A program made the position numbers and the translations under genes. From positions 63,736,001-63,800,000 of the forward strand of contig NC_042997.1 of the NCBI RefSeq assembly GCF_006345805.1: DNA of 64,000 nt, written 5' to 3'. The DNA comes from Octopus sinensis (taxonomy: Eukaryota). The notes beneath the pieces are model-generated. The model ran no database searches. It was not told the DNA's origin and was given only the letters and a program-made list of their open reading frames with translations. Positions 29,067-41,072 of this stretch are shown here, piece after piece. Position 1 is the first letter of the stretch, and each line of letters opens with the position of its first letter.

Positions 29067-32000
29067 ATTTTTATGGAGTATTGCTGCTCTGATAAAGAGT
29101 GATTTCCTCTGTAGCAATGACTCAAGATTTTGGCTTTATAGTTATGCATCAGAACATCGCCTTTGTAGCGCTTGTGATAAATTCCACCGTTTAATTAATT
29201 TGAAAACTCAAGTACCATGTAAGTGGAATCATGGTATAAGTTTCATTTTCATCTGCACAAGATGGTGATCTGACATGTAGTGAAGCGAAGCGTTGATTAC
29301 TGCCTTGGAAATCTGAAAGCAGTTTGTGATTACTTCTCAGTGTAGAATAATCCTGCATGGGCAGCACAAGACATAATAATGGTTGAGGGAAACTCCTTGA
29401 GAATGAAAATTAAATTTGAATCCCTAACAGAGTATTTAGGCATGTATTGGACACAACCATGTCAGAAAATTGCAAATTCTGATCAGTGTATGAAGCTATG
29501 GAATATGTATGGGACATTAATATACCTTTTCGATGTAAAAAGACTGTTAATTCGTTCCACTGGCAGGGTGATTTTCAATTCCACAATAATTTGTAAAGCT
29601 CTTTCCGTATGATCATGCGTTTTTATGGATTGCAAAATACAACAAACAATATCAATTAAACAGGTAGGCAGGTAGATAGACGTGCGCGCACTCACACAGC
29701 ATAAAGTCCTCGGTAAAACGTTAAAGAAATCTTCAAGTCATAGATCTTCAATGAGTAACTACATTTATTTATGTAATAATTAAATACCTTCGTGCAAATC
29801 TTGAAATTAATCAGTATATTTTCAAAGTTATAGATTTTGAAAAATACTGCTGTATACTTTGAAACATACAAAATGAAGTATTTATTTACACATAAACGCA
29901 GATACAGCAGTGAACTCCTAACATGTTGAAAAATACTTCTGTAGCTTAACAAGTTTTAGCTTGTTATGGGAGATTAATTCTCAAAAAGAGAAGATGTTTG
30001 GGGAAAATCCTGCACAAACCCACATGATTGAAAGCGGACTAACAGATTCCAATAAAGAACTGTGTGAACTGTCTGGGAGTTGACAGTGTTGGGCGACTGT
30101 TTTGGTTACTTATCTTAGACTGATACATGTTAGATTCATCCTTTAAATGTTCATAAATCGTAATAAACTCTTTTTGTCAAGTGAAAGTTGAGTGGGCGAG
30201 GGAAAACACAGAAAATAGCTGGGTAATATGCATGAAAAACCGCAAATCGTGATATAGTTACAATGTGAGATTAAAGAGGCGGTGAAACGCGTGGTTAACC
30301 CAAAGAGACTTTGGAAAAAGATAGAATGTTATCGTGGGATCAGTATGTATGTAACCATTTACACACACATGCACTCATATATACAACTATTTACTGAAGC
30401 ACATCAAATTTTTATTGTATTATATCAACTTCACCAAACATGTTCTTTATATTTAGAAAGGAAATCTTACACAGTCAGCTAGTGACAGCTTTTTCTTTCA
30501 GTTAGCAATGAAGGTAATGCCAATCGCTCATTACAAATTGTGTATGCTTGACACGGGATTTACTTCTCTTAAGGCACCCAGAATGCTAGGTGTTGATGTT
30601 AAAACCAGCCAGCTCTCTTAGTCTCCCAATCAAGCTGTCCATAACGGAATTTGAAATCAGAACGCTAACTGCTGGAACAAACCTCGCTGAACATCTTGCA
30701 TAACATTCTTACAATTCCACCAATCTCCATTCCGGGACTTATTTTTTATTATCAGCCAGGTTCGAGTGAATTGTAAATGAATGTGGGTTGAGTTATTTCT
30801 CCCATTTGTCTTAATTGGCATTGAAACTCTTCTAGTTGAGCTTGCCCTCAGTCTGCAATGAAAAACAGATCTGTCTTAGCAGCGTTATAGGTGACCGAGC
30901 GAAACGGTGCATTGGGCCGTACTGCATTTATTAATTTTTTGACAGCACCACAACATAGATCAAAATTGGACCCCTAGGCCTGTGAGTTGCCTTAGAAATC
31001 GCCCAGTGTGCCCAAGCCTTAAAGGGGGCTCTGATGAGAAGTCACGACTGGGTGTCACTTGAAGATAAAAACTGAAAGATTTAACAATTGTTTAGTGCTT
31101 AAATCCATGTTAACCAGTGTGTCTCACATACCACACTCACACACGCACGCACGTCTGTGTGTATATACTTATGTGCATGTATAGTTTAACCATGCCCAAG
31201 AATAATTTTTAACGGGTTGAAATGATCTCCTAATATTACCGTTTCGTTTTGGATAGGCTACACCAAACTATAACCATACAATTTATAACAAGACATACAT
31301 TCACCTAGGATGTATATATTATTCAGTGACAATACTACTGTTTTACTAAATCATTTAGACAGATTTCTTTTTTCTTCTTTCTCTCAAACTGATGGAAAAC
31401 ATAAAAGGAACTGAAAGAAATATAGAGAGAGATGATCGTAAGAACTTTTAGAAATTGCTGTCATTTACGCATGAAACGTGAAACCATTCCTAAAGATTTT
31501 AAAAAAGATTAATCGCTACGAAAGGTGATATGTTTTCAATATATAATGTAACCCATGGGTAATTTGCAAAGTAATTTCTTATAAATGTATAAATATGCCC
31601 AATGGAGAGAGTGTATCCGTGTAAGCAGTGTTGACTTCGCTTAATGAATTAGCGTTTACAAAGGTGTAGAGTATTGAAATTCAAAGCTGCCTGTAGGGCA
31701 ATGTTTAAGTATAAATGAGGTATTGCAATAATAAATTTAATGACTGGCGATCCGCCCACGTATGCAAACCTGAAATGTTTTATGGAGAGTATACTACTCT
31801 TCGAATGCTGTCTCTCTCTCTTTCTCTCTCCCCCTCTCTCTCGCTCATCTATGTTGCGCAAAATATTTTTTAAAGGTGGTAGATTTGAAACAGCTGAGAT
31901 ACATCCACAACACATAATTAGATAAGCAGTGAATCCCTACAAGATTGCTTAATGAGCTAGAGATTGCAGGCAAGCCTATCTCATAAATTGCAGGTATATT

Positions 32001-34573
32001 TCTATGTCTGATAAGGAAATAAATACTACTTTGTTCTTGCGGCACTAGATATATTACATATAAAATATATATGAGAGGTTACATCGGTAGAAACGTCTAT
32101 CATTAATAGTGCTGCTCGATGAGGGGTTGTCTGGGCTAAGAAACTACAACAAACATCAAGTATCAGCAGAACTTTATGTACAGTTAATAATTAATAAGTA
32201 TTTTAAAATAGGGAGTTACTTTTCAATCGCCTTGTATATGGGTCAGTCTGGTAGAAGGAAATACCTAATTGACCTACACACATTTCGTCGAACACGGGAG
32301 AGTTGTTGATGTTCTTCTTGAATAGCGAAGAAATATTTCATTAGTAACAATACCGAAATAAATGCGATCCTCATGTTTTATTTTTGTTTTTATTGAAGCG
32401 GAAAAAGTTTATTACAGTTAGAACAATTTAGGTTTGGGTACTAACTGAAAAAGACAACTTGCATGACTAAATTTGGGAAGAGATAGACAATATTATACAG
32501 AAATGCAAGAACCTGTAAGAATTATATGAAGGCTATTTATTTCTTAATTATGAGAACACATGTTCAAATCAAATCCATTCTTGATATTAACACAAGATAG
32601 GCATCGAGAGGAAAAGATCCATTTTCAGAAAAGATTCACTTTCAGCAGGTTTAGGAAGAAATCCTTCATCTTAAGCTCGTGTTTCTGTTTAGCTATTTTA
32701 TCTAGATATACGGCTAAAGGAATATAAGCATATTCTATATTTCTCTTATCTCATATTCCAGATGTTTTTTTTTTATGTTTGCGATAACTATAAGCTACAT
32801 ATATTGAAATTATTTATCAGGAGGGAGCACAATGAACTGCATACACTCGCGACAGAATGCGACTGATAACATTTATATTGTTTATGTGTATCTGCTTATA
32901 ACGGAGAGGATCAGACTTTTTTTTTATTTAACCACACATTTGGAACTAAACGGACACTGCTTTCCGAACGCTGGTTTAATTTTTAGATCAAGCACTAAAT
33001 AGTATCTAGCGCTGAATAGTATCTAACAACACAGATAGTAGATGTGTGTTTGAATACTGCTCACAGAGTACGCAGTGTGGCTATTAAATCCAAAAGCACT
33101 CTGCGGTAAGTTCAGCAAATATAGCCTCAATGATTGAAAGATCTTCATCTGTCAATACGCTTTAATTAATCGGTTACGACATTACTTTTTTCCAGTATAT
33201 GAAAATACACATGATGCGCTCATCTGAATATTTTCATCATTTCAACCGTTGTATTTCGTCAATAAATTCCTTAATTGAATGATTGCTCTTTGTAATGCTT
33301 TCTTCTTAGAGTCCAATGTCCGCAGAATGCGGTGATATCCTAAAATTTGGACCTTAACATCATTATCCGTGTGATTAGAGCAGCAATGTAGAATGTTTAG
33401 ACTCTGCCATTTATCTTACTAACCTTAACAAATGCAAATACTACCATCGTAAAAAAATTGAAATACATATGGCATGTTGTTTATTGAGACATTCCTATGC
33501 AGCGAATGTAATATGCGAGTAAAATACGAGTAATGGTTGTTTGCTCGATTTACTGCTGAAACCGGTCATACGTACAGCAAATTTCATTTAGATATTATTT
33601 CTGTTTTTAGTCGAAGTAGAACTACACCATTCCCTAGACAGAGTATTACACGACAGGTTACAAGTTTTTAGATATACTCATCATCCTTGAAGAAACACTC
33701 ACACAGAGTATATTGTATATCTGCTATATACAATAGTAATAATAATCATTTTGTGCTACATCAACTCCACTGCTTAGATGGTACTTATATCACCGACCTC
33801 TAAAGGATGAAAAGCAAGGTCGATCCAACCGATACATTGACAATAATGATATGAAGAAAAAATATTTTCGATATATAAGAGGCGCATTTCTACTGAAATG
33901 CATTTATGAAATACTAAATGAAAGGAAAAATATTTATTTTCAAACATAACCATCGCTTCACATAATTTACTCTATACATACTTCCAAGACGTGTCGGCTC
34001 ATAGTACGTTTCGGGCTGTGTACGATTCTGAAAAATTATTGCAGGAATAGTTAGGATGTTAATGTCTTCTATATTTGCCATTTTGTCGATGTTATAATAT
34101 AGACTGGAACTTATTTTCCTGTAGAAGAGGAACAAAACAGGAATTTTCCTTTCCTGGCGCCTAGCAGTATAAGAGAAACTTAGTGATGTTAAACTTTCTA
34201 TTCAACTAGCCTAACTACCTTCAGTTTAATCTTTTCGTCAGACTGTGGCATTATGTTTATGGCTGTTCACTATTAAAAGTATATCACGTTTCGTCTCGAT
34301 GTCTGCTTTGTATATATTTCCGAAGCCCCCACGCCATTTTAAATAGAAAAGACAAAACAAAAAAAAAAGATGTAAAACTAAATGTTTATAGCTATCCATA
34401 TGTTTTTCATGTTTTTCATGTTTGAATGAGACCTTTGATGTCTTTCATATTTATAATAATGTTTTACAACATTCACATATCACAGTATAGTTGATTTGTC
34501 TTTCAATCGGAATATATATGCTTCGTATATGTATGTATAACACATATATATATATATTTGAGACACATATTTT

Positions 34574-34633
<60 letters not shown>

Positions 34634-35093
34634 ATATACATACATACATATATATATACATACACACATATGAATATATACATATATGATGCATATATAT
34701 GTTTATATATGTATACACACATGTACATATTACATACATATAAATACACACACAAATATATACATATATATACATTTATAGATATACACGCACACATACA
34801 CACATAAACACACTTCTATTCCTTTATCCTTTTATTTGTTTCAACCAATGGACGGTCGTCGATTAAAGCGGATCTTATAATTGTATGATACGTTATATTT
34901 TTTTAATTTTTGCGCAACCGGTATATTACAAGAGCATGAACAAACCAATACTGGTTCTCAAACGTTGAGAGAGAAACAGAATGATGTAGGGAATGGGAAT
35001 GAACATGAAATAACGTGTTTATGAAACGAACATCTGAAACACACAGCCATTTCTGTGCATATACTTATATACATACGTATATTTGTGTGTTTG

Positions 35094-35124
<31 letters not shown>

Positions 35125-35514
35125 GCATATATATAAAATGGATCTCTTATAAAACTATTCCGCCCATACAATAACAGCTACACCGACCTAACACACTGTC
35201 ATCATCAGCTCCCACACGGATATCACTATGGTTTTGATATCTGTGCAGTGCCATTTAATCTGGCGATGGCAAAAATACTGAAATAAGTGTTATTTGCGAA
35301 CAAGCATACCTTAGATATTACCACTTACTTTGAATCTTGAATCAAATTATTTGATTCAATATGAATGAAATAAAATCAAATTGAAAATGGCTGAAGATTA
35401 GCATCATGACTAATTTGAATAAAAGTGTTTTAATCCATACATGTAACTCCTAATAAATGAGTGCCCTTCTTTCGTTTGTTCACCAGCTCGTGTACTGTAT
35501 ACACACACACACAC

Positions 35515-35578
<64 letters not shown>

Positions 35579-35659
35579 GGTCCCGGGTTGATTCGGGGTT
35601 AACCACAGTAAATAAGGTACTCAATAAATAGCAGAGTAAAATTTATTTATTATATAGAA

Positions 35660-35713
35660 GGAGCTTCTACAGGACTAGAACTGTTTCATTCAAGAGAAAT
35701 CATCAGGAGCTTC
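35660..35713 (-). ncRNA. Type I hammerhead ribozyme, family A (minus arm of the palindrome)
   Basis: Minus strand: gaagctc CTGATGA tttc tctt gaat GAAA CAG ttctagtc CTG TA gaagctcc. Stem III intact; stem I has a 1-nt bulge. Confidence 0.7.
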
Positions 35714-35760
35714 CTGATGATTTCTCTTGAATGAAACAGTTCTAGTCCCGTAGAAGCTCC
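35706..35760 (+). ncRNA. Type I hammerhead ribozyme, family A (plus arm)
   Basis: Stem I GGAGCTTC/GAAGCTCC, core CTGATGA 35714-35720, stem II TTC/GAA with U.U closing, GAAA 35733-35736, stem III ACAG/CCGT (one mismatch), GUA site with cleavage predicted after 35752. Confidence 0.72.
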
Positions 35761-35772
35761 TTCTATATAATA

Positions 35773-35812
<40 letters not shown>

Positions 35813-35917
35813 TATATATATGTATATATGTATAAGGGTGGAAAGGAACACACGAGTTGATATATATGAAAAAACAAGTCAAAAATAGAAAATGCTAAGA
35901 TAATTTTATAGTGAATC

Positions 35918-35961
35918 TTTCAGTACCGGTTTCGGTCATTTTGAGACCTTTTCAACTGTAA
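35918..35961 (-). ncRNA. Minimal type I hammerhead ribozyme in the PLE pseudo-LTR, U3-A8 core variant (family B)
   Basis: Minus strand: tacag TTGAAAA GGTC tcaaaat GACC GAAA CCGG TA ctgaa. Stem II 4 bp, palindromic stem III ACCGGT, GUA site, stem I CAG/CTG; same sense as the ORF. Confidence 0.8.
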
Positions 35962-36295
35962 CGATTAAATAATTAAATTTAGAAACATTAGAAAAAAAGT
36001 TTTTTTAAAAGAATATTTCTATAGTAGTGTTCAGATATAAGTAGCATTCTGCCTTTCTCTGACTCCCTTGTTTGCACTTGTGTGTTCGAGGTCGTTGTGA
36101 GTTCTTGGTAGGGTAGGTGAAGAATAAGGAGGCTGATGTGGAGAGGGGGTGGGGAAATCTGGGAATGCCTTGATGGTCGTATTTTGAATGGTCAGTGGCT
36201 GACAGCAGTCGCAGTTCAATTCAGGAATTGTATATGGAATTTGCGTAGGCGTTATATTGAAAGACATTAGTGACAAGGTTAAGGGGTGGAAGGTG

Positions 36296-36480
36296 GAGAA
36301 GTAGAAGAAGAAGAAGAAGATGACGATGTTGATGATGATGATGATGAAGAAGAAGAAGAAGAAGAAGAAGAAGAAGGAGGAGAAGGAGAAGATGATGGTG
36401 ATGATGGTGGTGATGATGATGACGACGATGATGATGATAATGATGATGATGAAGAAGAAGAGGAAGAAGAAGAAGAAAAA
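36296..36480. repeat. Compound (GAA)/(GAT)/(GAC) microsatellite inside the PLE 3' region (mirrored at ~38640-38812)
   Basis: Directly visible in both inverted arms, with slightly different unit counts. Confidence 0.95.
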
Positions 36481-36605
36481 AACAGAGAAGGGAGAATATG
36501 AATGGGTGAAAGTATAGCTGTGATGGGGCTGATTAGTAATGGATTCTATGGAGTGTAATATTTGTGTGTGTATATATATTTCTTTTATTCTAAAGTTGAG
36601 GTATA

Positions 36606-38279
36606 TTAATTGTTTGTCGTAGACCCGTTAAGAAGTGGCTTGTATTTTGTAATAAAGAGATTTTCTTTACTTATTCGTTGTCTCGAGGTTGTATCGTCCC
36701 TAAATTGGTAGAGGGGGAAAATCCTGAAGTTTGGTGTTTTTGTGTTGGCGCAAGTATCTATGTGTTGGCTAAAAGCTATTTTTCTGTTTTGGGGAATTTT
36801 TATCTGGGATCTGTGCAGGGCCATTCGTTTACGCAAACCATTTTTTGTTTGGCCTATGTACTGCTCTTGACACCCGGAGCAGGTTAGTGAGTATATTAGG
36901 TTCTCCGAAGCACATGTGAAGTTGCTTTTCACTGTAAACCGTTGTCCCTGTTTGAAGGAGAACTCTGATCCCTCAATTAGATAGTCGCATATCCCGCAAT
37001 TGGGTCTTCCACATTTTTTTACTGTCGGCTTCTGTGTTGAAGAGTGAATTCGGGCTTGTGTTAGGAGACTTTTCATGGATCTAAGCTGTCTTTTGCTTTT
37101 TATGATCTCGTGTGTTTGGAGGATTGTGTTCATTCTGTGGTCTTTTTTTAGGAGGGGTATGTTGCGGAGGATGGTGCCGAAGGCTTCGTTATTGAGAGGG
37201 TTGTGTGTGGAGATGTATGGTAAGGCTTTTGGTTGTAAGTTTTTCTTTGATTTGGGATGTCTCAGTTCCTTGATGTTAAGTTGAAGGGCACGTTGAATGC
37301 ACTTGTCAATAAGTGAAGGTGGATAGTTCCTGGTGATAAGGGTATCTTTTAGTTCTTGTAGTCGTGTGTCTCTGGTGTTTGCGTTAGAGACTATAGTGCA
37401 TATCCTTTTTGCTAGATTGAAGGGGATATTCATCCTGGTGTGTCTGGGGTGGCATGAATTGAATGGAAGATATTGCTTAGAGTCTGTAGGCTTATAGTAT
37501 ATGTCTATTTCTATTATATTATTAGCTTTCTTAATGAGGATATCGAGGAAGGGGAGTTGTTGCTGGCTATATTCCATCGTGAATTTGATGTTTACGTCCA
37601 GTCCGTTTAAAATTTCCTGGAATTCTATGAGTTTTTCTATATTTTTATGCCAAAGGATGAAACAGTCATCTAGATATCTCTTCCAGTTGTTTTCTATGTA
37701 GATGGAGAAAAGGCTGCCATATCTTTCTAGAACCTTACGATACAGACTGATCTCTAGGTATCCTATGACTAGGTTGGCAAAGGAGGGGGCCATTCCTGTA
37801 CCCATCGCAGTCCCCGATTTTTGTCTGTAGAAGTTGTCATTGAAGGCGAAGAAGTTATTTTCCAGGATGAATTTAACCCCTTCTATCACAAATTCTTTTT
37901 TGATGCGGTGTGGTAGTTCGTTGGCGTGATTCTCTAGCCAGAATTGGATTGCCTCTAGTCCTAGGTTGTGGGGGATATTGGAGTAGAGGTTGACTACATC
38001 GAAGGATACAAGTATGGTGTTTTTGTTTATAGTATTCGGTAGGTGATTGAGCATATCTAAGTCGTCCCTTATATAGCTTTTGACATGTTTGAGGAGTGGT
38101 TTTAACAGGGTGTCTAAAAAGTTACTGAGGCGGTGGGTTTCGCATGCGGGACCTGCTATTATGGGTCTCAATTTGAGGTCATTAGGATTAGGGACTTTAA
38201 TTATTTTGTCTGTAGCTATCTTGCATGCGTTGCTTATTTTTTCACTTTTGTGGATCTTAGGTATACCGTAGAATTGGCT
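36606..38279 (-). CDS. PLE polyprotein, 5'-truncated: reverse transcriptase + Cys-rich linker + GIY-YIG endonuclease
   Basis: The frame is open 36 codons upstream of the track's TTG start and includes FYGIPKIHK. RT motifs LRPII, SFDVVNLYSNIP, GTAMGT, RYLDD, LPFLDI, YYKPT; linker CGRPNCGIC; endonuclease LIYSLTCSGCQEQYIGQT..RMALH..H..E..LN. No internal stops over 557 codons. Confidence 0.95.
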   Translation of the reverse strand, partial: SQFYGIPKIHKSEKISNACKIATDKIIKVPNPNDLKLRPIIAGPACETHRLSNFLDTLLKPLLKHVKSYIRDDLDMLNHLPNTINKNTILVSFDVVNLYSNIPHNLGLEAIQFWLENHANELPHRIKKEFVIEGVKFILENNFFAFNDNFYRQKSGTAMGTGMAPSFANLVIGYLEISLYRKVLERYGSLFSIYIENNWKRYLDDCFILWHKNIEKLIEFQEILNGLDVNIKFTMEYSQQQLPFLDILIKKANNIIEIDIYYKPTDSKQYLPFNSCHPRHTRMNIPFNLAKRICTIVSNANTRDTRLQELKDTLITRNYPPSLIDKCIQRALQLNIKELRHPKSKKNLQPKALPYISTHNPLNNEAFGTILRNIPLLKKDHRMNTILQTHEIIKSKRQLRSMKSLLTQARIHSSTQKPTVKKCGRPNCGICDYLIEGSEFSFKQGQRFTVKSNFTCASENLIYSLTCSGCQEQYIGQTKNGLRKRMALHRSQIKIPQNRKIAFSQHIDTCANTKTPNFRIFPLYQFRDDTTSRQRISKENLFITKYKPLLNGSTTNN

Positions 38280-39147
38280 AGATTCCAGATAAAAATTGGC
38301 ACAGATCCCAGATAAAAATTCCCCAAAACAGAAAAATAGCTTTTAGCCAACACATAGATACTTGCGCCAACAAAAAAAACACCAAACTTCAGGATTTTCC
38401 CCCTCTACCAATTTAGGGACGATACAACCTCGAGACAACGAATAAGTAAAGAAAATCTCTTTATTACAAAATACAAGCCACTTCTTAACGGGTCTACGAC
38501 AAACAATTAATATACCTCAACTTTAGAATAAAAGAAATATATACACACACAAATATTACACTCCATAGAATCCATTACTAATCAGCCCCATCACAGCTAT
38601 ACTTTCACCCATTCATATTCTCCCTTCTCTGTTTTTATCTTCTTCTTCTTCCTCTTCTTCTTCATCATCATCATTATCATCATCATCGTCGTCATCATCA
38701 TCACCACCATCATCACCATCATCTTCTCCTTCTCCTCCTTCTTCTTCTTCTTCTTCTTCTTCTTCATCATCATCATCATCAACATCGTCATCTTCTTCTT
38801 CTTCTACTTCTCCACCTTCCACCCCTTAACCTTGTCACTAATGTCTTTTAGTATAACGCCTACGCAAATTCCATAAACAATTCCTGAATTGAACTGCGAC
38901 TGCTGTCAGCCACTGACCATTCAAAATACGACCATCAAGGCATTCCCAGATTTCCCCACCCCCTCTCCACATCAGCCTCCTTATTCTTCACCTACCCTAC
39001 CAAGAACTCACAACGACCTCGAACACACAAGTGCAAACAAGGGAGTCAGAGAAAGGCAGAATGCTACTTATGTCTGAACACTACTATAGAAATATTCTTT
39101 TAAAAAAACTTTTCTTATAAATTTTCTAAATTTAATTATTTAATCGT

Positions 39148-39190
39148 TACAGTTGAAAAAGTCTCAAAATGACCGAAACCGGTACTGAAA
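39148..39190 (+). ncRNA. Second copy of the family B hammerhead, in the inverted arm
   Basis: tacag TTGAAAA AGTC tcaaaat GACC GAAA CCGG TA ctgaaa; G10.1 to A breaks the first stem II pair. Confidence 0.65.
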
Positions 39191-39261
39191 GATTCACTAT
39201 AAAATTATCTTAGCATTTTCTATTTTTGACTTGTTTTTTCATATATATATATATATATATA

Positions 39262-40030
39262 GTGTTATCTCATAAGTAATGCGCTTTTTATATAATTCTT
39301 TTATTTTTCAAAGTTAAGATAAACAAAGTTCTTTTTTAATGTAAAATATACTTCCTTTATTTTGTACACTGCTCTTCCCTCTATCTGGTAGATTTCCAAG
39401 GCCCCTTTTCCAAAATTCCCTTATACGTAACGAAAAATACTCCTCCAGGACTGTTCGGACTTCGTCTACAGAATTCATATTTTTTCCATCGAAATGGCTT
39501 CGAAGACTGGAATAAATGATCATCAGATGGGACAATGTCCGGTTAATATGGTGGGTGGGGAATCGTTTCCCATTGAAACTGATCCAGCCATTGGAATGTC
39601 ATCCTCATTGCACGTGGACTTTCGTCTTGAAACCCAAAGATGGTTGTTTATTTTCTGGCGCCGACGTAAGCTGCTCAAGCTGCTCGCATTATATCTCCAT
39701 TGTTATCGTTTGGTTTGAGTTTAAAAGCTCAAAGTGAAATAAGCTTTTTATATCTCACCAAACAGATAATAACTCCTTGCGTAGGTGAAAAACCTCTTTA
39801 ACCTAGAGTGCCGGTGTTTCTCTTTTCCCTACCCACTGTCTTTGGCGCTTGACATTTGTATAGAGAACCCATTTCTCGTTACCAGTCACTGTTCAGTCCA
39901 CAAAGGATTCATTTGTGAAACGTGACAGCAAAGAAGAGCAAACATTCACTCTCTGCGCCTGGTTAGATTGGCAAAGTTTGTGAGGAACCCATTGACGCAA
40001 TTTGCTTTCCCTGAAATTGGATTTCTATCC
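39262..40030 (-). pseudogene. Mariner transposase relic (3' half and right end)
   Basis: ORF 39314-39535 SLRSHFDGKNMNSVDEVRTVLEEYFS..EFWKRGLGNLPDR..VQNKG matches the mariner C-terminus. Upstream remnants include VTGNEKWVLY (TGDEKW) and QDEKSTC (HDNARPH). Confidence 0.8.
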
Positions 40031-41040
40031 ACATTCATGGTAACGCTAGTTAGTAACCACGAGCTAGACTTAAATTTTCACAGGTTATCGAAATTCCATA
40101 TAAAAAAAAAACCTACAGACTTCGACGCCAATAAATTATCATTGTTCCTGAACGTTGCTTTTTATACCTACCACAGACTACTCCAATCTTACAAACCTCA
40201 TACGCCTGTATCCTTGGATCTTGCGAATGTATATGTACAATCACACACAATATTCACTTATCATACTTATAGTTTCAGTGCAGACGAAGGGGAAATAAAT
40301 ATCCTACAAAATTATTTTTAAATATATTAAACAGTTACTAGGTAAATGCCAACTTGGAATATGAATTTGTTCAATATGCAGGATTGAACGTATAAAATTG
40401 GGTAAGCGATTAGTACCCCATGTAAACATACCTGTTTCCATGTGCGGTAACGACTGAAAACATGTCTAAACGTCAAGAATATTGAAGAGACAAGAACGTG
40501 AGCTGCAGTCAAAATTGCCATTGAAATTAATAATCAATACCTAATTTAAATTGCTGTAATTGCAATAGCTGTTGTTAGTCTTATCTCATCAATTTCAAAC
40601 TGGTACTTGCAATTGTATGCTGCTTTTCAACACCATTTCTGCTCATGAAGAGTAATATGTTTTTCAATATGAGTAATATGTTTTTCATATATCAATACCC
40701 ACTTTTGGATATAGATATATGATAAGTTGTGGACAGACAAGTAATTGGTTTAAAAGTTTATATTTCTGCCATTTTGTGATTCGGGAAATGGTTATTTATC
40801 ATACCGTTACGAAGAACGGAATATTTTTCTCGTGGCTTACGATGTCAATTTCACCTTAGGTGATATTTGAAACTTAGCAATAATATTTGGATTGCAATCT
40901 ATCGTTGAGATTTCCATTAAAGTGCTAATGAAGTAAAGGTTATTATAAATCTTAAACAACATAAAAATAATCTCACAGTTGTTCAGAAGTCTTGATATGC
41001 AAAACACACATGCACACACGCATGCATACACACACACACA

Positions 41041-41072
<32 letters not shown>

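Larger units (their letters stand above)
35575..35777 (-). mobile_element. Non-autonomous PLE terminal-repeat fragment (family A) with fold-back arm, inserted in (TA)n
   Basis: 35575-35708 is near-identical to 61621-61753; 35643-35777 is a near-perfect palindrome. Confidence 0.75.
35868..39240 (-). mobile_element. 5'-truncated Penelope-like element (Neptune-like) with inverted 3'/pseudo-LTR copy
   Basis: Minus-strand RT-GIY-YIG ORF plus 3' region at 35868-38280; 38299-39240 is the reverse complement of 35868-36816; both outer ends run into (TA)n. Confidence 0.95.

Noticed and set aside
33985-34020. Minus-strand CCCGAAACGTAC resembling an HHR 3' half
   Set aside because: No CUGANGA-like core or stem I partner upstream.
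36286-36517. Acidic poly-E/D ORF and poly-K/M ORF (mirrored at 38597-38822)
   Set aside because: Translations of the (GAA)/(GAT) microsatellite, antisense to the PLE; no domain content.
40275-40345. CAGACGAAGGGG...TTAAACAGTTA, HHR-like spacing
   Set aside because: Both core segments are mutated and stem II cannot close; at most a dead relic.
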